A stretch of 20,792 bases of DNA, taken from an uncultured archaeon (GTDB lineage Archaea > Thermoproteota > Nitrososphaeria > Nitrososphaerales > Gagatemarchaeaceae). A model generated the notes under the pieces. That model searched no databases, was not told the DNA's origin, and was given only the letters and a program-made list of their open reading frames with translations. The stretch covers positions 1 through 20,792 of the forward strand of contig CAWFOU010000005.1 of assembly GCA_963817525.1 (NCBI GenBank), read 5' to 3'. Positions 1-8,414 of this stretch are shown here, in pieces. A program made the position numbers and the translations under genes. The number at the start of each line of letters is the position of its first letter. Within the stretch, counting starts at the first letter, position 1.

Positions 1-164
1 TCTCGTTTTTCATCTTACTTCATTGGGTTCCGTATTGCTCGACCAAGAGTTCGCCTCCTCGCTTGGAGGTCGGCTTCAGAACCTGACAGAATTTATTCGC
101 CGCCCTGGTATTAAAATTATTGAATATAAGGCCGTGGTATTGGTGGTTCTTTCCACCATACCCG

Positions 165-477
165 ATGCCCCAGCAGGATAAAAGCCGGCCTTCGCAGCCC
201 GCGTCGTGCAGCCCATACCCCCCGGCCCGACGTGTCAGAGCTGCGGGATGCCCATGTCCGGGACGAGAACGGCGGAGGGACCGAGATGGACGGCACTACG
301 AAGTCGATAGAGTACTGCTCGCACTGCTACAGGGAGGGGATGTTCGTCGAGCCCGACCTGACGGTCGACGAGATGATAGCGAGGGTTCAGGCAAGACTGC
401 GGGCCGAGGGTATGCCCGAACCCGTAATCGAACGGAACCTGATGGCGGTCTACGGGCTGGCCCGCTGGGCCGACTAG
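165..477 (+). CDS. Putative zinc-ribbon protein (Zn_ribbon_2-like), reconstructed across two indels
   Basis: CQSCGMPM is encoded at 233-256 in a different frame from the ORF-track part (DENGGGTEMDGTTKSIEYCSHCYREG...LARW). Joined, they give the CQSCGMP...GTExDG..S.EYCxxCY pattern. ATG 165 follows a TATA-like AATATAAG at 123-130. Start is inferred. Confidence 0.8.
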
Positions 478-1379
478 CCCTTGGTGTCTTCTTCGCCCAT
501 CAACGACCTGAGGGGCTTTATCAGTTCTGTGAACTCTGCGGGGATGATGTACTTGGTGGACGGGCTGTTGCCTATGGTCTTCAGGGTGTCGAGGTACTGC
601 AGCGTCATCGTCTTAGCGTCTATGGTCTTGGCGGCGCCGAAGATCACGCTGAGCGACTCTGCGTATCCCTGAGCCCTGAGTATGACGGCCTGCCTGTCTC
701 CCTCCGCCTTGAGTATCGCCGACTTCTTGTCTCCCTCCGCGACGAGTATGGTAGACTCCCTCTTTCCGTCGGCCTCGAGCACCATGGCTCTCCTGGTCCT
801 CTCCGCAGCCATCTGCTTGACCATCGACTCCTGGACGTCCTTCGGAGGCTTGATCTCCCTGATCTCTACGTTCGTGACTTTGATGCCCCACCTCTCCGTC
901 ACCTCGTCCAGCTTGGTCCTCAGTATGCTGTTAATTTCTCTCTTGGCGAGGAGCTCGTCGAGCGGGATGTCTCCCACCACGGACCTCAGTGTTGTCGTCG
1001 CAATGCCCACGGACGCGCCCGCAAAGTTCTGGACCTGGACGATGCTCTGGGCGGCGTCCACGACCTTGTAGTAGATCAGAAAGTCAATGTCCGTCGGCGC
1101 ATTGTCTTTGGTGATGCACGTCTGGTGCGGCACCTCGATGTACCTCTCCCTGAGGTCGACCTTGTTGACCCTGTTGATGAAAGGGAGCACGACCACGATG
1201 CCTGGGCCCTTCGCTCCGACGAGCCTGCCGAGCGTGAATAGCACGACCCTTTCGTATTCCCGGACTATCTTGATCGTCGAGCTGATGAAGGCGAGGACTA
1301 TGATGACGAGTATTATCAGTGCGGCGTACCCAGCGTAGTCTGAGATCGCCTGGAGAGGAAGTGACGAGATTATGGTCAA
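474..1379 (-). CDS. SPFH/Band-7 stomatin-like membrane protein
   Basis: N-terminal TM helix, then IKIVREYERVVLFTLGRL, GPG, KVDLR, ITKDN, TTLRSVVG, WGIKVTNVEI and coiled-coil AERTRRA...AEG repeats. Intact ORF with TTG start overlapping the nfeD stop (TTGA). Confidence 0.95.
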   Translation of the reverse strand: MTIISSLPLQAISDYAGYAALIILVIIVLAFISSTIKIVREYERVVLFTLGRLVGAKGPGIVVVLPFINRVNKVDLRERYIEVPHQTCITKDNAPTDIDFLIYYKVVDAAQSIVQVQNFAGASVGIATTTLRSVVGDIPLDELLAKREINSILRTKLDEVTERWGIKVTNVEIREIKPPKDVQESMVKQMAAERTRRAMVLEADGKRESTILVAEGDKKSAILKAEGDRQAVILRAQGYAESLSVIFGAAKTIDAKTMTLQYLDTLKTIGNSPSTKYIIPAEFTELIKPLRSLMGEEDTKG

Positions 1380-2678
1380 GCGGTAGTCGCTTCTACTTTG
1401 AGCGTGAAGCCCTGTACCTCTTTAACCTTTCACGCGTCCCTTTTGGCAGGTCTACCAGTGATGTGACCGACCAGTCCTCCGAGTCGATGTTCGCGGAGCC
1501 GGTCATGCCTCCCTTTACATCAGAAGTGAGCACGCCCTCCTTGCCTATCATGTTCTTCAGGTCGAACCTTCCCTTGCTCCTCTTGTAGAGGTCCTTCCTC
1601 AGCCTGTAGAGATAGATGCTCCCCACGACCACGACGAAGCTGAGTATCGCCAGGAGGCCGTACTCCAGGGGGCCCGGGCCGATGAAGTTCGCCACGGGCG
1701 CTCCGGTGGTGGTCGTCGAGAAAGGAGTCTGGTAGATCAGCAGCGCCCCGATGATGAATATCACGATGCCGCCGATCGCGCTCACGCCGTGGTGCGTCTT
1801 AACCTCGAGGAATATGAATGCGGCGCCTATGAACATGAGCAGTATCGCCGTGAGCGACGCTCCGAAGTAACCGAAGCCGATCAGGGCCAGTACGATGGCG
1901 GCCGCACCAGCACCAGACAGGATGAAGGTCGGGTGGAAGAGGTCGACCATTATCGCGAGCACCCCGGCCAGGAAGAGGACGGTCGATAGCGTGGGGTCGC
2001 TCAGCAGGCTGATGAGCTGGGACCTTATTCCCTCGGTCTGGACTGGGGTGTTCGCCGGCGCACCGATCACGGCCAGCGCTCCTGAAACGGTGGAGGCGTT
2101 GATCACTCCGTTGATGACGTGAAGGCTCAGCGCCTGGTCCGACGAGGAACGACGCGTCGCTGCTGACCATCAGGCCGGCCGCCGTCGTGTTCCTGCCGAA
2201 CTGCGAGGCGAGCGCCTGCATGTACGCCGTGAACGCCGCCGTCGTGTTGGTGTCCTCCGTCGGCAGGGTGCTGAGCACAGGGGTGGCCGAGCCTATCGCC
2301 GTTCCGTTCATCATGTATACCTGCGTCGAGGCCTCGGCCAGGTAAGCGCCTGCGCTGAACGCGTTCGCGCCGTACGGACCCACCAGGGTGATGAAGGTGC
2401 CGCCGCCGGCCTCGTAACTCGGAGATCGCCTGAACGATGCTGTCCATGCTGGTGCCCTCTCCCCCGATGGTGTTGAGCACCAGGACGAAGTGTTCCATGC
2501 CGCCCGACTGGGCGCTGCTGATGGCGTTAGTGAGGAAGTCCTGCGCGCCCGGGTCTACCGGCGAGTTGAGGGAAGCGACGAAGTAGGCCGAAGACGATGT
2601 CTGGGCGTGCGCCACCGCTGGCATCATCGAGATAGCAAACGCAGCAACAAGCAACGCCAGACCGACCCTGCTCGCCAT
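1376..2678 (-). CDS. nfeD: NfeD-family membrane-bound ClpP-class protease (long form), three indels
   Basis: Signal peptide; LNTIGG (DTPGG equivalent), AFSAGAY, GTAIGSA.P and GRN motifs; multi-TM domain with FLEVKT.HGV..IGG; C-terminal OB domain (MIGKEG...SEDWSV...KGT-RVKVKEVQGFTLKVE). Pieces lie in ORFs 2127-3434, 1799-2383 and 1393-2106. Adjacent to stomatin, as expected for this family. Confidence 0.92.
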
Positions 2679-2843
2679 CTTCAAACAAGAGTGCCTTGAA
2701 GCGCGACCCGATGTCTTGGTAATTAAGGTTCCTTGTTCCCGCAGGAGACCTGGCGTTTCCTGATGGTTCTCGGACGTCAGGCGCTTGCCGGGACTCGGAC
2801 ATCTTTTAATGTGACAGAGAGGGTTGGTGAGAATCAGACCTCG

Positions 2844-3782
2844 ATGAAACCTCTCACACGTGTGGACCTCCGCGGTAACTGGGCAACGCTCCTGCTCCCC
2901 ATCAGGTCTGACGATTCGATAGACTATGACATTCTCGGGGCCGAGCTGGACGTCTTTGCAACTGCGCTTGTGAGCGGAGCGTACTCGAACGGCACGGCTG
3001 GTGAGTTCTTCTCCCAGAGCGAAGCCGAATTCGACAGAATCAACCGGATGCTCGCGGAGTCGTGTGAGCGTTCTGGCATCCCCTTCCAGGTCGGGGTCTC
3101 TCAGATGAGCCCGCAGCTCTCCCTCGAACGGTTGCGGAGGTCTCGTGCCCTGGAGCCGTCTGGGTTCCAGCTCATCCTTCCGGACTGGTATCCTCCGACG
3201 ATGGATGACGTCCATCGTTTCCTGGATGTGATGGAGTCGACAGCCGACCCGATACCGCTCGTAGTCTACAATCCCCCTCACGCGAAGCGAAGGCTCGTCC
3301 CGGCCGAATGGGCCGAGATTGTGGAGCGCCACCCTGGGGTCGTCGGCATCAAGGTGGCCGACGGAGACGCCGACTGGTATGAAGCGATGCGGCCGGTGAG
3401 TGACAAGATATCGGTCTTCGTGCCGGGTCACCACCTGGCGACGGGCCTGAGCAGGGGAGCGCGTGGCGCATACTCCAACGTCGCGTGCCTGAGCCCACGG
3501 CGGGTGCGCAGAGGTGGTACGAGCTCTGCCTGCGGGATTCCAGCGGAGGGGCTCAAGCTGGAGGCCAGGATCGTCAGCTTCATCAATGAACAGGTCATGC
3601 CTCTCATAACCATGAGGAAGCTCCCGAACATGGGCGCGGACAAGGTGATGGCGGTCGCAGGAGGCTGGCTCCCCGGGATGAGCACCCGGATAAGGTGGCC
3701 CTACGAGGGCGCCCCTATGGACGAAGCGAAGCGTATCGGCGCGGAGGCCCGCTCCTCGTTGCCGGAGTTATTTCACGAGTAA
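2844..3782 (+). CDS. Dihydrodipicolinate synthase/N-acetylneuraminate lyase family aldolase (DapA-like), substrate unknown
   Basis: GTAGE phosphate/carboxylate-binding motif, VYNPP tyrosine, VVGIK Schiff-base lysine. Two compensating indels near 3498-3540 (alternative frame reads AGAQRWYELCLRD). TATA-like TTTTAAT at about 2804-2810. Confidence 0.88.
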   Translation: MKPLTRVDLRGNWATLLLPIRSDDSIDYDILGAELDVFATALVSGAYSNGTAGEFFSQSEAEFDRINRMLAESCERSGIPFQVGVSQMSPQLSLERLRRSRALEPSGFQLILPDWYPPTMDDVHRFLDVMESTADPIPLVVYNPPHAKRRLVPAEWAEIVERHPGVVGIKVADGDADWYEAMRPVSDKISVFVPGHHLATGLSRGARGAYSNVACLSPRRVRRGGTSSACGIPAEGLKLEARIVSFINEQVMPLITMRKLPNMGADKVMAVAGGWLPGMSTRIRWPYEGAPMDEAKRIGAEARSSLPELFHE

Positions 3783-3787
3783 AGCGC

Positions 3788-4136
3788 TCAGAGACCGCAC
3801 AGGAAACACGTGAGCGCCGAGCCAACAGGGGGCGTCGGGTGCGTCTTGTTGTCGATCTGCGCCTGGAAGCCGTGGAACTGGGCGCACTCGAGCTCGTATG
3901 CGTTCCTGGGGCTGGATATGCTGAACTTGAAGAAAGGATACGGAACCTTGCCCAGTTTGCTCACGAATTCCGCCCAGAGGTCCGTGTCCGACCTCCCGAC
4001 GTACTTGGGTATGAACTCGCCGGAATCATCCTTCGTACCCAAAGCGTAGTTGCCGGACTCGCCGGGCTTGATCGAGCCGATCGATGACCACCGGCTCAAA
4101 CCTGAAGGCGTTTGACTCCATGTAGAGCTTCGGCAT
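3788..4136 (-). CDS. Small GIY-YIG-superfamily-like protein with C-terminal CxxC, one indel near 4073
   Basis: Reconstructed as MPKLYMESNAFRFEPVVIDRL-IKPGESGNYALG...YVGRSDTDL...FKFS...AYELEC..FH...IDNKTHP...CFLC. TATA-like TATAATTA lies about 26 bp upstream of ATG 4136. Confidence 0.65.
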
Positions 4137-4200
4137 TCTTGACGGTGCGTCCCGAGGGTTGTAATTATAGTTGTGGTCACGGGATGGCCGTCCGGCTTCT

Positions 4201-4932
4201 TCAGTCGTCGAGGCTGTCTTCGCCCAGCGCGGAGACCCTTACGTAGTACGGCGCCTCCCCGGAAACCGAGGTCTTGGCGATGAGGCCCTGTGCGACCAGC
4301 TTCTCGCAGGCCGCTTCCACGTCGTCGGGCTCCAGCTCGATGTTGTACCTCTTCTCGATCTCGTTCTCGATCGTGAGCGGGCCCCTCTCCTCGAAGTCTC
4401 CCAGCTGGTGGTAGATGCGGCCCTCAAGCGAGGCCGGGTCCGGCGCCGAAGGCAGCGCGGTGAATTTCTGCGTCCTTTCCTTCAGGCGCAGGATGACCGG
4501 CGCCCAATCGTTCAGGTTCTTCTTCCTGGACCCTCCTGTTATCTGCTGCACGAACTCCGTCTTCCTCTCCCTGCCGGTGTTCCAGGTTATCTCCAGCTTC
4601 GGGTTCTGGCCCATGCGCTTGTGTCCCGTTGCCGAAGTAATCGACTTCAGCTCGATCCAGAGGTTCGCCGGGTCGTTTTTGATGTCATCCAGGTCGTCTG
4701 CGTCCATGAATATGATCGCCTTCGAGCCCGGTGCGAGACCCCCGACGATCGGCAGGTTCTCCTTCGTGTCCCCCCTGGCATAAATGACGCGCTTGTTGGT
4801 CAGGATGAGCGTCCCCTCGCTCTCGGTCTTGGAAGCGTCAAACCCGGCCTCCACGTCCTGCACGAATCCTGCGCCTCGGTTGATCACGCCCTGCTCCTGG
4901 GCAAGTATAGTCTCGTCTGGCAGCTCGGCCAA
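4201..4932 (-). CDS. Hypothetical protein: N-terminal PH/GRAM(GLUE)-like domain plus C-terminal winged helix
   Basis: Intact 243-aa ORF. ETILAQEQGV...EGTLILTNKRVIY is a PH/GRAM-type strand pattern. The C-terminus (RIYHQL...EPDDVEAACEKLVAQGLIAK...YYVR) fits a winged helix. TATA-like TTTTAATA on the minus strand at about 4958-4965. Confidence 0.8.
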   Translation of the reverse strand: MAELPDETILAQEQGVINRGAGFVQDVEAGFDASKTESEGTLILTNKRVIYARGDTKENLPIVGGLAPGSKAIIFMDADDLDDIKNDPANLWIELKSITSATGHKRMGQNPKLEITWNTGRERKTEFVQQITGGSRKKNLNDWAPVILRLKERTQKFTALPSAPDPASLEGRIYHQLGDFEERGPLTIENEIEKRYNIELEPDDVEAACEKLVAQGLIAKTSVSGEAPYYVRVSALGEDSLDD

Positions 4933-5021
4933 AGCTGGCCCCGCATCATCTGGGCCGTATTAAAAGATAGGATGGACTCTCACAGGCCCCGACCTAGTAG
5001 ATTCTTCTCCGATGGTCGTAC

Positions 5022-6779
5022 CTATCCGGAGATTTTCTTGTTCTGGCTACTGTACATCTCCACGATCTCCTTCACGGTCGTGGCGTCCTCGGGCCCTTTC
5101 TCGTCTCTCACCTTGCCGGTAAACTTCGGAAACCTGAGGGCGAGTCCGCTTCCGGGCCTTATGCTGTTGAGGCCGGCGGGATAGTTAGGCGAAAGGGTGA
5201 TCTCGGATGCGATGGTCTCTATCACGATTGCGGGACGATACCACATGTCTGGTACCAGCATCGACTCGACTTTGGGTGGTTTCACTTCGCTTTCGTATGG
5301 TTTCAGCAGCTTCGGCAGCCTCTCGAGGTCCTCATCCGAGAAACCCGTCCCTATCTTGGTGATGGTCGGGAAGACGTCTTTCTTCTTGTCGTAGGCAGCG
5401 AGCAGGTAGGCACCATAGACGCCTGCCCTTCGTCCCCTTCCGTGGAGGGCGCCTACTATTACCAGGTCGATGGTGTCGGTCAGCTCGCTCCGGTACTCCC
5501 TCTTCAGCTTGATCCACGCGAAGCCCGTCGCGCCCGCGATGTAGGCCGCCTTCGGGTCCTTGATCATCAGGCCCTCGCCTCCCTGCGATATCGCCTCCTC
5601 CATATATCGCTCGACCTCCTCTGGGTCGTCCGTCCTCTTCGCCGGGACGAGCCTGGCGTATTCGTTCTCCTCGACGATGGCCTCGAGCTCCTTCCGCCTC
5701 GCGGTGTAGGGCTTCCCGGTGAAGTCGACCCCATCGACGAACATTACGTCGAAGAAGTTGATGGCGACCGGATACTTCTTCATCATCTCGGCGATCCCGT
5801 GCTTCCTCCTCCTGTGCATCAGTTCCTGGAACGGCAGGTATTCACCCGTCACCGTGTTGACGGCGACGACCTCACCCTCCAGGATCGCCTGTTTGGCTTT
5901 CACAAACTTCTTCGCGTATTCCACGACGTCCGGATAGGTGGGAGTGATCAGCTCCAGCCTGCGTGAGAATATCTCGACCTTGGTCCCGTTCTTGTGAATC
6001 TGGGCCCTCTCGCCGTCCAGCTTGTACTCCATGACGACGTCGCCTCCCATCGAATCGAGGATCTCCTTAGCGGTCGGGAGCCTCTCGGCGAGCATCGGCC
6101 GGATGGGCTTCCCTATCTGCACCCTGACCTGCTCGACCCCCTTCAGCCCCTTCTCTGCAGCCAGCTCGACCACGTAGCCGAGGTCCGAGGTTACGTTGTA
6201 GGCCCTCTCCAGCACCTTCCTGTGACTCTTCTCGCCCAGCAGGGCGATCGCGCACACGTCCAGGATGGTATAGTCGGCGACCCCCAGTCTGAGGACACCC
6301 ATCGCCGTCCTCAGGATGTACTTCGCCTCCCTCGGGGTGGCATCCGCGATTATGTTTACGAGCTCCTTGAGCTTCGACTCGAATCGAGCCTTCCCCGCTG
6401 ATGCGGGAGATGTCCATCAGCGTTTCGTAGACCCTCTGCAGGGTCAGCGACTCCGAGACCAGCGCGCCCTGCCGACTCTCTGTGAGGAGCTTCTCTGCGG
6501 CGGTCCCGATGTCTCCGGCCCGGACGTACGCGTCGCTGGACCTGCTCGACGGGCTTTCCCGAAGCTACGTGAAGCACCCTGAGCGCATACTTCTCGGCGA
6601 TGCCTAGCTCGATGCCCTCGTAATCGGGGCGCAGTTTGCCCTGCGTGAGGTAGACGAGCATAGGGAGCTCTGCTTTCGGCGTCTCTTTGAGGAGCTGGGC
6701 GAGTACCTCGGTGATCGCTATCCTTCCCCTGAATCCCTTCGAGCTTCTCGTATGCGTCAACGACGACGGAGAACTTCAA
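5022..6779 (-). CDS. lig: ATP-dependent DNA ligase (archaeal), about three indels in the N-terminal domain
   Basis: Motif I EYKLDGER, RPMLAERL, ILEGEVV, FFDVM, EGLMIK, WIKLKREY, DLVIVGA.HGRGRR, KIGTGFSDE, LRFPKF. N-terminal pieces (MKFSVVVDAYEKLE; YLTQGKLRPDYEGIELGIAEK) are in shifted frames. Confidence 0.97.
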
Positions 6780-6834
6780 GCGCCTCTTTGAAGACCCGCC
6801 GTCTATTTATCCTCCCACGGGGCACGGCCGTCTT

Positions 6835-8365
6835 CTACTCAGGCGGTATCTCTTTGAAGAGCATAGACAGGTCGAGCCCACGCCTTTTGTGATAGCCGTT
6901 TGATACGAGATAGATGACTATCCCCGCGGCGAGGGTGGTCAGGATGTAGCCATAGGCCAGATAGTTCCCTCCCCAGACTCCAGGCGCTGCGAGGAACTCG
7001 TATGAGAGGTACAGGAACGCCGCGGCCATGAGGACGCCCGCCGTTGCCAGGGTCGCCCGCCGCGGCCCTTCTCCTTCCTCAGCCCATAGACCGCCGCGCC
7101 AACGCCAACGAAGAGGAAGTAGACCATGGCGGCGAGCACCGCGCCGTACAGGGACATGACCGTTCCATAAAGGAACGCGGCGAGACCTATCAGCGTGACC
7201 GTCACGACGAGGTCGAAGAGGTGGGCGAAGACGGGCGAGCTCCCACTTCTCGCTGACGTATGCGAACCTGGACGGCAGGAACCTGTCGAATGACTGCGCG
7301 AGTAGGTACCGCGGAGATCGTGATTATCCCGAAGGCCAGGATGGCGACCTCCCACAGGATCCATCCCGCCCCGATGAAGAGCTTCAGGGCGGTCAGCTGG
7401 GTCACTCCCATCGCCAGCGTCCAGAAGTTGAAGCCGGCGTCGTAGACCAGGCTGGCGTTAGACAGGGCCGCGTTGGTGAATCCGAAACCTCCGACGTAGT
7501 ACATGGTGGCGAGCGGGATGGTCACGACCAAGAACGCCAGGACCGCTGAGATCGGCGCGTTCCATGCGATTGTCTTCCTGTCCCTGAGCTCTGAGCCCAC
7601 CGACGCTGACGCGTTGAACCACGGGTAGACGAAGATGGCGAAGAAGGGGAGGACCGAGAGCGTCGCGCCCAGGTCAAAGGTCGAGCCCTGATAGGAGGCC
7701 TGGACCGATAGGAAGGTGACGCCCGACAATCCTAGCCCGTTGACATAGTTCGTGACGCCCCCTCTCCCCGCCTCGAGGAGCGTAACGACAGAGACGACCA
7801 GCGCAACCACACCGACGACCATAAGCGAGGAGATGAGCTTGAACCCTAGCTTCGGCCTGACGATGTTCACGACGATCAGTGCCCCGAAAAGGGACGAGCC
7901 GACGACGAACTGCGAGAGCGGGTTCGCCCCCGCGGCCGCGAGCGCGCTGAACGAACCGTCTCCCAGGGAGGTCCCCACTGACCCTATGGCGAAGACCGCC
8001 GAGAGGGCAATGAGCGCCAGGTAGGGCATCGTCTCCATCGTCATGCCCATGAATGTTATCGCGCTCCCTGTGAATCCTCCGAGAGACCTGGACATCCACA
8101 CGTAGTCTCCCCCCGTCCTGGAGGTGCGCTTGGACATCATCGAGTAGACGACCACCTGGGGTATCGAGATCAGGAAGCCGATGAAGGAAGCGTAGACAAG
8201 GTTGACACCTGAGACGGAAGGGAGGAGGATGACGGTGAAACCGATCAGGGAAAGCGCGGCGCCGGTCGACATATAGCTCACATTCAGCGCGATGGCGTCG
8301 AACAGGGAGACGTTCTTCACCAGACCTGTGGCCTCGCGCGTGAACCCGACCGCCTTCGAGGTCAT
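6835..8365 (-). CDS. APC-family amino acid/polyamine permease, about three indels near the 3' end
   Basis: F.REATGLVK start, RTGGDYVWMSRSL, about 12 hydrophobic segments, reconstructed SRYLLAQSFDRFLP, and the C-terminal G.DL...FKEIPPE typical of archaeal APC permeases. Confidence 0.9.
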
Positions 8366-8414
8366 GTTGACCCTTTTGGAAGCTGCCGGATAAGTGTTGA
8401 GGAGTGCCCAGTGA

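Noticed and set aside
1-13. Possible start (MKNE...) of a minus-strand gene leaving the window
   Set aside because: Only four codons are visible, so it cannot be supported.
120-1241. Long antisense or alternative-frame ORFs (e.g. 120-1241, 4171-5184, 13030-13659, the 5' part of 2127-3434, the 3' part of 16656-17645)
   Set aside because: Shadow ORFs of GC-rich genes on the opposite strand, with no recognisable motifs.
2741-2754. CAGGAGACCTG resembling the 3' end of a cobalamin riboswitch
   Set aside because: The upstream conserved elements (GGGAA, GCCACTG) are missing and the space is too short.
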